From: Nageia nagi | Taxonomy: Eukaryota; Plantae; Pinophyta | Direction: 5' to 3' | DNA length: 64,000 nucleotides | Assembly (NCBI GenBank): GCA_050084985.1 | Contig: JBITNC010000001.1 | Span: 48,980,001-49,044,000, forward strand | Shown here: piece after piece, positions 1-12,500 of the stretch | Position numbering within the stretch: the stretch's first letter is position 1 | Layout of the letters: each line of letters opens with the position of its first letter | Translations under genes and position numbers: made by a program | Notes under the pieces: generated by a model | Told to the model about the DNA's origin: nothing | Databases searched by the model: none | What the model saw: only the letters and a program-made list of their open reading frames with translations

Positions 1-501
1 TACATGTGGGATAATATAACATAAACACCAATTACATGTTATGGGTCATAACAAAGCTTTACATAAAAATATCTAAATTATCTTGTGTTTTATGTTTTTT
101 TTTTAAATTATCTTGGGGAATGTAGTTTAGTGCAAGTATCTAAATGCTATACAATATGGGCATTGTGTATTCATTTTCCAAGGAACAAAGTTGCTGCAAA
201 CTCAAGAATTATCATGATTTGTCATTGACAAAATCATTCTCAGGATGTTTGGTAATTTTAATTAGATTATCTTCTATTGCACTTTTTGTGTCCTGAATGT
301 GAAGCTTAGTGTCCTTGTTTTTCTGTTACTTTCAAGGGGTCTAAATCTTTGTAGAGTCGTAATGTTTTTTTCCCGTTGTGCTTGATTCTATGCCTTCCTC
401 TCCAGTTTGATGCACCTTTTGTAGCTTCATCTATTGTGCATAGAGATTAGTATCTGCCACGAATAAAAGTTTAATGCAGATCTACAGGATCTGAATTTGA
501 G

Positions 502-541
502 ATGATTAGAACACATTTAACTGGTGGGATTACTTCGCCTG
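502..541 (+). CDS. Candidate first coding exon ([13 protein letters not shown]); the exon may start at acceptor 488
   Basis: tacag acceptor ends at 487, ATG at 502, open frame to G|gtatat at 541/542. Phase 1 joins in frame to the exon at 824. Confidence 0.45.
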
Positions 542-3500
542 GTATATGATTTAGGGTTTGAAGTTGCAATAGTTAGTTATCTTTATTGTATTATGTTTAA
601 TTCTTAATAAAAAATTTGAGTAAATCTTTGTAAAATTGTGTTCTAACTCTTGATTCCTTCAAGTGGCTTGAAAGAACCAGCTACTATATGTAATCTGTTT
701 TGTAAAATGAATGTATTCACCACATTTATGCTTGTTGGATTAGTGTTTATAAGCTAATATGCCTATGTCACTTTTTGCTTTGTTCATCATTTATTCTGAC
801 AAGGTATCATATTGTGGATTCAGCATTATGGGATTACGATGCGGATTTCATTGAAGCCTTCATGAATTGTGAATCTGCACTTGCTGATATATTGAGGCAA
901 ATAAATAGCCATTTTCAAGACATAGACAAAAGGTCCTGTGAAATAAATGATGAAGTGCAAAGAAATGTTAGATCAGAATCCTCTGTGGGAGGAGGAAGTC
1001 GGTTGAATTCTCAAACTTCTACTAACATTTCTCTTTTGAATCAATCTCTGAAACTTAGTGAAAGAAGTCCACTTCTGGATGCTGCCCTTTCTCTAATAGG
1101 ATATCGCATACATCATGTAAGTCAGAGGTATCACATATTTTGAATTTTCAGGTTCAACCTTTATGTTTTCAAAATTTAAATACATTTTTTTGTAGGTCTA
1201 CAATTCAACAACAGACATTCTGGTTAAGACAATTGTATCTCTTCTTTTATCAACAATAAATTGTCAGTTCATGTCAAAATATCCAAATAATGCCTTAAAG
1301 GTAATTGAGAACAATGCAAGTACGAGTCATAATATTCATGACATGACATTTCAAAAGCAAGAAAAGGCAGTGGTCTGTAGGACTTCTGGTCAGTGGCTAT
1401 TGAGTGATCAAGAGTTTTTACAAATTGGAAGCTTCATTTCAGTCGAAGACCTTTCAAAAATTCTTGAAGCATGCACAAGTATTTTCAAAAATCTGGAAGC
1501 ACATGGTAAGTGCAAAGTTTCTGTATTGTTTAGGCAAAAGTAGACTTCTATATCAATTCATGCAATTTTTAGGACCTTGTTGAACTGATGGATGCTTTCT
1601 TAACAAAAGGCATTACTTACATACCCTGTTGTTATAGAAGGAACAGAAATGTGAAGGTGAATTAAATTGTTATTGTTGGTGTTTTCCTTTAATTTTCTGT
1701 GATTTTTGTTCAAAACATTTTGACTCAGAAGGCTTTAAACAGTATAATTAGTATTTGATACAAAGGAAATAAAATTGGTGGGCTAATAGTATATAATAAA
1801 TACCAATTTCAAATCTTAAGAGTATAATTTTTACAATCAAACCAATTGCGAAGATGAGCATGTTCTATGTTCTACAAGCAACACATAAGTATGTTATCAA
1901 CAATCTTAGCATAAATGTAGTGTTTTAATGTTTAGATATTTCATATAAGAGTTGACAGTCTTGATCAAGAATTGGTTTGTTCTTTTCAAGTTTTTATTGT
2001 TGATTGTTAAAATGTTTTTTTTATAGAGGTCTAAGCTTGCTTTGTTGTACTAAGGTTGCATGGCATTGAGTCCCATCTTGTGGATCGTAGCCAACCTAAA
2101 TTTTTATCATGTTTATAGCTTAGGTCAACCTTTTTACAATAGGATTGGTTGATGATATATATGATTAGTCCCTGTTTGTAAGCTATATCATCTTTTGTAA
2201 TCAAGCAACACTTGTCTCATTGCATCTTATGCATTTTCCCCATGGATCACCTATTTCATTTTAATCAAGTCCTTTAAATTTTTTTGATAGGTGAAAAGTG
2301 GACTTGATAATATCTGGACATCCACGGTCCACCTAACTTGTTTGGTGAGCATAATGTAGTGTTCCATCCTTTGAAGTCACATAATAAGGTCACCTTTCAT
2401 TTTAGTCTTAAAGCGATGAATGATAATTGCATGCACAAGCTTGTAATAAGGCCCACCTTGTAGTTTTTAGTTTTTACAATGCATTTGGAACTGCACCCCA
2501 ACAAGATCATCCTCAGTGCTTGAGAAAAGTGAATAGTATGATAGGGAGCAAAAAACCTTTCCTTCATGGTTATTGCCTTGAAATATTTGGTTGAGTATTA
2601 TTTATTGATGAAAACCCAAAAAAAAAACCTTTCTTTTGTGATCAATCTTTGAGTATAATTTTGTAAAATAGTAGCAAAGCAAAAACAAATATAAATGTTT
2701 GAAGATCACTTTTTGGAATTTAGTCCATTGTGATCTTCTCAAGATGTTGATCATTTTGATACAAGGCTATGATAACCATTTTCGGTTAACTTTAAATGAT
2801 TTTGAGGGATCTAGTCCATCACAATCCTCTCAACAAGGCTATTGTTGTGGTGTAGGTTATTAATAACCTTTTTTCGAGCTAAAAGTATAGCGTATGCCCT
2901 TAAAACAAGAAGAGAGACCCTCCAACAAATTGAGGAACATCCCTTGCAAATCACCAACCTTGGTGATAAAATGACTCATATGGTGGACATGGTCAATGGA
3001 TTTTAGATTGTCAAATATGGTTTGGCACAAGATGGTGATGATTTACACAACGAACATATCCTTTTGTTGAAATACCCTTATCAACATAACTTGATAAAAT
3101 TGATATCTTAAGATATGATGGACGAACTTGTAGAGTTTGTTGGGTAAAGTAGAACAATTCTTTGAACTCCACCAAATCCAATATAGCCAACAAGTCGTCT
3201 TGGTAGTATTCTACCGTCACCATGAGGCAAATTATTGGTATCGATAGTTGTGGAAGATGCATCTTGCACAAGTTGGAATCATCAATTGAGTTACCAAACA
3301 ACTTTTTTCAAGAATTGCTTCATTAATGGTATACATGAAGATATCAAGCCACAACTCTTCAACATTGACAATTGAATGAAAATTGGTAGACCTAGCCAAG
3401 CTTGTTGAGGGAATTTGCAATGCCTAATGTGAGACAACTCATCCATTGCCCTTTCGTAACTTAGTAGTACGACACTTGTTTCTTGATGAAATGGTAACAC

Positions 3501-6500
3501 AAAGACCTACATGGCTTTATTATAATTGTGATTAGAAATGGGTTTCAAGTCACAAATGCAAAGAACAAGGAATACTTAATGTAGAAGGCAACTTATCTTG
3601 TGATATGATTGTTAAGGAGAGCGCCATGCAATTTGAATCGATGCTAGAATTGATAGAACAACCAATTGGAGAACCACCTACAGTGGATGTCTTAGTGATT
3701 TTTGTATTTGCCTTAACGATAATCACGTATCCACAAACCATGGAGGTTGTAGGGCATTTTGAGGAAAATAAGGTGCTCATGCTTTTTTGTTACGATGCTA
3801 CAAATATGAAAGGGAAATATTGCAGAAATGTAACGAATATCAATTTGAAACAGAAAAATGACAACTAATCTAGTGGAAATAACAAGAGCATGCGTTGATA
3901 AATTAAACACGAAATAGCAACAATAAGCAAATAAGGATAGGATTTTACTGAATAGAAACAGAATCACAGGCCGCTTCGAGGGGGCTACCTCCTTACAACT
4001 CCAAAAGTGAAAATAATGTTCAAGATCCTTTCTCCACACACTTCTACCTATTTATAATATACTAACCCTAACCCTAATAGTAATGCAAGATCGATCCCCG
4101 TCTTTGCAATCACAATATTATGGTTTACAATATAGGCCGACAATTTAATTAAAATAACTAATACTAACACTAAAATGTTAGGATGTGGGATCCTAACATG
4201 CCCCCCTCTTGGGATGAAGCTTTGTCCTCAAAGCTTGAATTGTGGAAATTGTTGTGTAGTTGATGATGTATTTTCCATGTTGCATCTTTCGGTGCCATGC
4301 CTTGCCATTGCACAAGAACTTCTGTGATGAAGCAGTTACGAAGCTGTCGTGAACGTTAATCCAAAACTACCTCAGGTACGATTGCCATTGATCCGTCCTC
4401 TGCCAACTCAGGTAATTGTGCTTGAACCCGAACCTCCGATCCAACCACTTTCTTGAGATAGGAGACATGAAACACTAGGTGAATCTTGGAAGAATCAGGA
4501 AGCTTCAGTTTGTATGCAGCTGGGCCAATGCGTTGCAACACCTTGTAGGGGCCATAAAACTTTGGGGCCAAATTTTGAGGGCCTTTTATTTTTAAGGATT
4601 TTTGGTGATAAGGTTGTAGCCTTAGAAAGATCATGTCGTCTACCTGGAACTCCCTTTTGACATGTTGCTGATCAACCTGTTGCTTCATATGGTGTTGGGC
4701 TATCTAAAGGTTATCCTTAAGCAACAGAGAATATCATTCTGAGTAACTAATGCTGAGTCAATTGCTTGAACTTTACTGGTACTTGCAACATACGAGGTGA
4801 TTGTGAGTGGAGCTTGACCATACTTTGCTTCATAGGGGGTCATCTTACTGGTAGAATGATAAGATGTACTATACCACCACTCAGCCAATGGAAGCCATCG
4901 TACCCAATGCACAGGTTGTGTTGACGCAAAACAGTGTAAATATGTTTCTAAACATTTGTTGACAATTTCAGTTTGACCATCAGTTTGCGGGTGATATGCT
5001 AAGCTCATGTTTAGTTGGGTACCTTGCAGCTTGAAAAGCTCTTGCCAAAAATGGCTTGTAAAAGTGGGATCACGATCATTGACAATTGTCTCTAGCATGC
5101 CATGTAGTTTAAAAATTGTATCCAAGAATAATTTTGCCAGTGTCATTGCTTTGTAGGGATGAGTCAATGAACCAAAATGAGCATATTTGGATAATCGATC
5201 AACCACCACTAGAATAATTGATTTACCATTGGATTTAGGTAGGCCTTGAATGAAATCCATTGAGATATCGGTCCATGTACGATTAGGTATAGGAAGAGGT
5301 TGAAGGAGTCTCAGAGTACCCACTGTCTCACCCTTTTGTCGTTGACACACATCACAAGTTGCCACAAATTGTTTGATATCCAATTTCGTACTTGCCCAAT
5401 AGAACGACCGTGCCACTCGCTTATAAGTTTTCAAAAATCTGTCATGTCCTGATGTAGGTGTGGAATGCAATTCGGCAAGTATTTCTGATTTACATTTTGA
5501 AGGAGACGGTAACAAAATTCGGTCTTTGAATCTCAAACTACCATCATGCCATGTGTGGTGTGGTTTACTCGTGGGGTCTTGAGTGATTTGTTTTAACAAT
5601 TCTTGGGTGGAGCTATCCTCTACCCACTCCTATTTAACTTTATCCAACCATTGAGGAATAAGAGATGAAAGAGCTTGCAGTGTTGCTTGATCTTCAAATT
5701 TTCTAGATAGAGCATCGGCAACCACATTCTCTTACCTTTACGGTATACTATCTCATAATCGTACCCAGTAGTTTGGTCACCAGTTTGTTGCTTTGGTGTA
5801 GAAATACTTCAATGAAATTTCAAATGTGATGATTGTGAGGATGATGAAATGGCGACTAATGAGATATGGTCTCCAACTTGACTGCATGAATGATGGCAAG
5901 ATTTCTTTTTCATAGGTGGATTCACCAAATTTTTACCAAAGTGCTCTACTAGTGAACGCTAAGGATGCCCTTCCTGCATCAATATTGCCCGATTCTACTC
6001 CATAAACATCACTTTCTATCACAAAGGTTTTAGAAAAATTGGCATTTCTAATACCGGATGGTACACATTGCATCCTTGAGCTTAGAAAGTTGCCTCAACT
6101 TGAGGGACCATTGGAATGCATTCTTTTTCAACAACATTTTTAGAGGTGCTGCAATCTTACTATAATCTTTCACAAATTTCTATAATAGCCGGTCAACCCC
6201 AAGAATCCTCGAGACTTTTCAAGATGCAGGAACAGATCAGTTTTGCATGTCAGTAATCTTAGTGGATCTCCTTAACTCCTCTTTAGATATAAATGACCTA
6301 AGTAGTCAATTTCCCTCTTGCTGAATGAACATTTTGATTTTTTTGCATATAGCTGGTGTTCCCTCAAAATTTGTAAGGTTTTGGTCAACATGTGCCATGT
6401 ATTCCTGCCATGTCTTACTGTAGATCAAAATATCATCAAAGAAAACTAAAATGAACTTCCTGAAGAATGGATGAAACACTTAATTCATTAAACTTTGAAA

Positions 6501-9500
6501 TGTGGATGGAGCATTTGTGAGGCCAAAAGGCATGACCAAGAACTCATAATGGCCCTCATGGGTGCGAAATGCAGTTTTTGGTATATCCTCCTCCTTGAGG
6601 CAGATTTGATGATACCCAGATCGTAGGTCCAACTTGGAAAAATATCTTGCCCCATGTAGGTCATCCGATAATTCATCAATGACTGGTATGGGAAATTTGT
6701 TTTTGATGGTAATTTTGTTGAGGGCCCTGAAATCCACGCACATACACCATGAGCCATCTTTCTTACGAACCAATATAATTGGAGAAGAATATGGTTTTAC
6801 GCTAGGTCGGATTACTTCTGCATCCAACAGTTCCTGAACCAATTTTTCAATTTCATTTTTTTTGTAAGCAAGGATACCATAAGGACGAATGTTTGGTGGG
6901 TGACTTCCCAGCACCAACTGGATAGCATGATCATGTGATCGTTGGGATGGTAAGCCCGTTAGTTCCTCAAAGGCACGTGCATGCTTACTTAAGATGGGCT
7001 GCAGATCCTTAGGCTCTGTGACTTCAGATTCGGTGATTGATAAAGAGTATAATTGTGCCAGCATTCCCTTTCCAGTTTTCTATAGGATCTTTTCCATGCG
7101 ATGTGAGCTCACAATTTGTAAAGGTCCACCCTGTAATCCCTTGAGAGTATGCTCTTGTTCGTCTATCTTGAAGGTCATCCGTAGCTCTGCAAATTCCATT
7201 GCACGGTGCCCAAAGTCCTCAGCCATTGCACCCCCAAAACTATATCACATTCCCAAGTGGTAAAACGTACATGTCGCTTTTGAAAGTATCATGGTCCATG
7301 CTCAGTTTGACATTTTGACATGTGCCTTTACATGCTATTTTTCCTCCATTACTAATCATAACCTCAAAATTATTTGTAGGTGGATGTAACAGTTAGCAAC
7401 CTTAGCCATCCGTGGATCAATGAAATTATGAGTACTTCCCAAATCCAACAATATTATGAGAGGGTGCTTTTTAAAAAAACCTTTGACCTTCATAGTTTGA
7501 GGGGTAGTAATTCTTGCCAATGCATTGTAAGAGATAACCGGGGTCTCATCTGGAATTTCCTTTGTAGCCTCTTCAGGTGCACTCATATTCCTCCTCACTA
7601 GGAACATCAGCATCAAGCAAATATAACTTTTGTTGAGTACAACAATGACCACGAACAAATTTCTCATCACAATTATAGCACAAACCCTTCTTTCGACGCA
7701 CTTCCATTTCCTCCCACCTCAACTTCTTAGTTTGCATTGTGCGATTTGGTGGTGGGGCACTTGTGTTATTAGAGGAATGAGAAATATTATGTGTTTTTGT
7801 GAATGGGGGTCTTACATTTCATTGATGAGCACTGGCTTTATCTTCAACGAGCTTTGCCAAAGCAATAGCATCCATCATAGTTTTGGGATTAAACAGTTTG
7901 ACCTTTGGTTTAATTTCTTCCTTTAATCCACTGATAAAACAACTTGTGAAAAATGCGTCGTCCAACCCCTCTATGTGATTTGCCAATTTCTCAAACTGAT
8001 TTTGGTATTCTTTGACTATTGTGGTTTGACGTAACTTGGTCAATGCCCCTATGAAATCTTCATAGTTACTAGGACCAAAACGGATCAATAATTGTTGAGT
8101 AAATTCATCCCATGAAGGATCAAGATGCATTTTTGAGTACCATTGGTGCCATTGGAGAGCTTCACGGTCCAAATGAAAAGTTGCCATGCGCACCTTCAAA
8201 TCTTCCGAAATTTGGTTCAATGTGAAATATTGTCCAGACTTATAAATCCAACCTGTGGGATCATCTCCATCAAATCGGGGAAAATCCAATTTGGTTGTGC
8301 GGGGAAGAATGAAACCACCTTGTTGGCTTTGAAAGTTATGATGATACCCTTATGGATTTTTTGACTTCCCTGATTGCTCTGAATTGGATGCATTGTTGGT
8401 ATGATTGATACTTAGTTGGACACTATCACATTTACTGTCAAGGGTTTGTGTTTGGGTCTGGATTTTTCGGATTTCTGCCCTGAATGTACTGGTAAGTGTA
8501 TTTGCCATTTGTTGGATCATAGTTTGAAATGTCATCATGGTAAGATCAGCTTGTGCTGCTGTTTGGGATCTTGTCTTAGGTGCTATTTCTGGAAACTGCT
8601 ATTTCTGAAGCTATTATTTCTTGAAATTGCTATTTTTTAAAATTGCTATTTTTAGAAAGTGTCCAAAAAAGTGTATGGGTGTAATATATCAAAACAATCA
8701 ACTCGAAAAGATGATCACAATGGGTTAGGTCTCCCGATGATGATTTTCGGTGGGTCCGTCTGCTTTTGTTAACAACTGCTGAAACGATCCAGATTTTTAG
8801 TTATTTAGCTCTAAAGGTTTTGTTGCCTTTGAATTGCTATTTTTGGTGGCTCTGAAAAACTGCATGTCATACATTCTGCCTCTCGAATCAAAGTTTTTTG
8901 TGTGAAGGAATGATTTTAAGGTAAGGATTAGCTGCACTGTAGGCTTGTCTAAACATTACTCCTATCCAACTTTCACAAGAAAGAGGTTGCCGAGATGGTT
9001 TTTGTGACAAGTAACATTCCAACGGCACTTGTTGGTGCACTATAGTTTACATACGGTCGACATAGCTTTCTACCTAGTTTTTGTTTATAGCCTTATAGTC
9101 TCCGATATACCTTTTGGTACGTGGAGTCCGATTCAATGTAGGGTTCTGTCTGAGGCTTGGGTATTAGTGCAGAGTTTTTTGCACCTCACTTCACACACAA
9201 CTTTATGGGCAAGTGTGCTTAGCCAAAAACGATAGATTCTCCTAGATATTTTAAAACCCTCAGTACAGGGTTTCTAGCTTAGACCTCTAAGAATTTTTTT
9301 TTGTTAACCTATAGCAGAATGGCCCTAGAAAGAGCTATGATACCAGATGTTACGATGCTACAAATATGAAAGGGAAATATTGCAGAAATGTAACGAATAT
9401 CGATTTGAAACAAGAAAATGACAACTAATCTAGTGGAAATAACATAGCATGCGCTGATAAATAGAACATGAAATAGCAACAATAAGCAGATAAGGATAGG

Positions 9501-12500
9501 ATTTTACTGAATAGTAATAGAATCACAGGCCGCTTCGAGGGGGCTACCTCTTTACAACTCCAAAAGTGAAAATAATGTTCAAGATCCTTTCTCCACACAC
9601 TTCTACTTATTTATAATATACTAACCTTAATTTTAATAGTAATGCAAGATTGAGCCCCGCCTTTACAATCACAATATTACGGTTTACTATATAGGTCGAT
9701 AATTTAATTAAAATAACTAAGAGGAACACTAAAATGTTAGGATGTGGGATCTTGACATTTTTGATTTAGAGCACACATGGTTTCATCAACCTTGCTTTGG
9801 CATAGAAAGTTGATTGCTTTGTCTCTAACAACAATAACTTCCAAGTCATGGTATCTAATAGCAAAAATAATGCCTTGTTGGGTAGATATTGCAATGTTCA
9901 TCTGAACATGGGGGATTATTAGTTACAATTTGTAGTTTTATATTGGATTGATTACATGAACAATCCTTTAGGTATTCTTAATGTTCACCTTAATAACTTA
10001 TGCGATAACCTTGATAAAGTTAAAGCACTCTCAAATGAATCACAACTTAAGATTAAATGAACATGCCCAAGATTTGAACTTGAGTTTAATCAAGTGATAC
10101 ACTAGAATCTATAACACAATATGGAGTAAGTACAATCAAGCTATGACATTATCATTCATGATATAAATGATATGGAGCTAACTCAGTAAACTTCACTATT
10201 GAATAAACAAATCATAGTTGCAATATTACAAGGGTATGTATTTTGATAGAATGACATACTTCATACATATGTTTAGATTGAGGTCTTGGCTTCTACAACT
10301 CCTTAATGGAGTTTACACACTCTATACTATCATATCTCACACTCTAATATGATATTATGCTTTCTACATTACATAGTCTATATAGACTTCATAAGTCCAC
10401 AACAAAACACTATGATATCCTTTTGAAACTCATAACAAACCTTCATACTACAATCGTACGACTTCCAGATAAACTCTACAACAAACTACACAAGGAATGA
10501 ATGCAAAAAATAACAAAAAAGCAAAACACGCAAAACTTACCAGTCTTTGGTTTCGGATTGGTCATGTGCAGATCAACTAGATAGCGAATAGGGATTGGTC
10601 GTCCGATTGGCTTGATCGGTCATCTATTGGTATGTGGATCGGACTTTCAATTGATATTTTGAGATATCGAACCTTTGAAGATCGACTGCATAACAAAATA
10701 ATGTTGGTGACGGATTTCTCAAGTTCCAAGGCTCAATTTTCTAACACAATCAAACTTTTATGCCCTTTAGTTGGGAGGGTGTGATTTAGTCCTCGAGTAT
10801 CAATGGTTAGATGGTCTCAACTTGATACTAAGGTATATGCCACTATTTGGGGCATTCAATCAGACTCTCCATATCTTATTTCCTCACACCATGTGAAGAA
10901 GCTGCACAAGAAGGAACATCATGACATGGTGGCACAATTTTACCAAATGGAGTTGGCTTCAGCCTTAATCGTAGAACTCTAGTCGGATTTGTAGACATTT
11001 CTCACCAAGAATGATACCATATTTATAAAACTGATTGAGATACTTTCAATGAAGAAACAAGACCATACAAGTACCCACATAGTTAGAAGGATTAGGTTAA
11101 TAAGAAAGTGGTCAAAGAATTGTTAGATGTCCAACCTAATGTCAATCTTTTTTCAGCCTTGATCTTGTTGGTGAGAAAGGGCGAATCTTGGAGAATGCAT
11201 GTGGACTTTTGGGAATTAAATCAACTAACCATCAAGGATAAATTTTCTAGTTTGATCATTGGTAATTTGCTAGATGAACCACACAAGGCAAAGTTCTTTA
11301 CTAAATTTAACCTTTGGTTAGGATAACATCAAATCCACATGAATGAGGTTAATATCTCCAAAACAACTTTTCGAACACATGAAGGTGACAATGAGTTTTA
11401 TGTGATGACATTCGACCTTACAAATGCCCTCTCCACCTTCCAAAGTCTAATGAATAATGTATTAAAGCCCTTTTTGCGGCAATTTATTTTGGTATTCTTT
11501 GTTGTGCATTTTTGGAGTCTTGGGCTTTGCCTTAGAACTTGTTACAACCCTATACTTATTTTTGGTTATTATTCATGATATTTAGCTTTCATATTGCTCA
11601 TCGAATGTGAATGAATGTTCTTCTACTATTGGTGTAATGTTATCATTCTTTGTGCATGGGAATGTGTGCAGATTAGAGTATTTTGGATGCATATTATTGC
11701 TATGTTACAAATATGCAATTGTGCCCAAGTTTGGTTAGTTTCACATATTGTATGAGCTTCTTCACTGCTATATATCAGATCTGGTTACAGTTATTGTGAT
11801 GATCCCAAACCGGCGGATCATGCTCAAATGTGCCCTAGGAGAGGTATGTTTGCCTTCTAACTCTGGATCTAGCCAAATCAACTCAAAACAACACAAATAC
11901 TCCAACATATAGCTAGGAATGCAACAATGATGCTAAACAATCCACAATTGCTCACAAATACCCAACATTGCAATGAGGAAGTTCAAACAAATATTTAGCA
12001 ATGAAATAATCACTCCAGATCCAACATCCAAGCACAAGAGAACAATTACAACAAAATGTAGACAAAAATGTAATTGTATTGATATGAGGATGAGAGTAGC
12101 GCAATTACATAATATGTTTTTGGTGCCTAAGGAGCATACACCAAGGTTGCCTCCAATAGGGTTATTGTGGATGGCTATAGGGCCTCCCCAATTGCAACAG
12201 TAGCAAGGACAAGCCTAGGGCTTCCCTAATCCTTTGTGATGGAACCAACAATCTTCCTCTCTCGAATGGCCAAAGTAACCTCAAGGTTAACCTTAATCAC
12301 CTTGAGACCTCAAATGCAGATTGCTCCACAAGTGGCGAAGAAAGAGTTCTCTCTCTTAGTTTGATAAAAGGGGGTTTAATCATCAATTCAACATATCTCA
12401 TAATGTCAAAGAGTTCTCCTTTTATAGGCGAGGTATTCCATCTTCTAATCTTGCATTGAGATGATCTAACATTAGAGAAGAATGATCCATGTGCTCTCAG

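Larger units (their letters stand above)
3788..9757 (-). mobile_element. Full-length Ty3/gypsy chromovirus (Reina-like), 5.97 kb, decayed
   Basis: Paired ~410-bp LTRs (TG..CA), 5-bp TSD TTTTT (3783-3787 and 9758-9762), tRNA-Met PBS, PPT (complement of 4199-4210), and gag-PR-RT-RH-INT-chromodomain order on the minus strand. Confidence 0.95.
3050..11500 (+). mobile_element. Old degenerate Ty3/gypsy (chromovirus-type) element A: gag-protease-RT remnants split by two younger insertions
   Basis: Gag remnants (VEQFFELH ~3150; [13 protein letters not shown] zinc knuckle ~3520). Protease [14 protein letters not shown]|DL..THGFI is split at 3787/9763. MGDY*LQ|[14 protein letters not shown] is split at 9930/10747. 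RT at 11108-11500 ([34 protein letters not shown]). A possible 3' tail and PPT lie at ~17370-17410. Outer boundaries are uncertain. Confidence 0.75.

Noticed and set aside
4062-4077. Telomere-like CTAACCCTAACCCTAA
   Set aside because: Only ~2.5 units, inside an LTR, and degenerate in the partner LTR.
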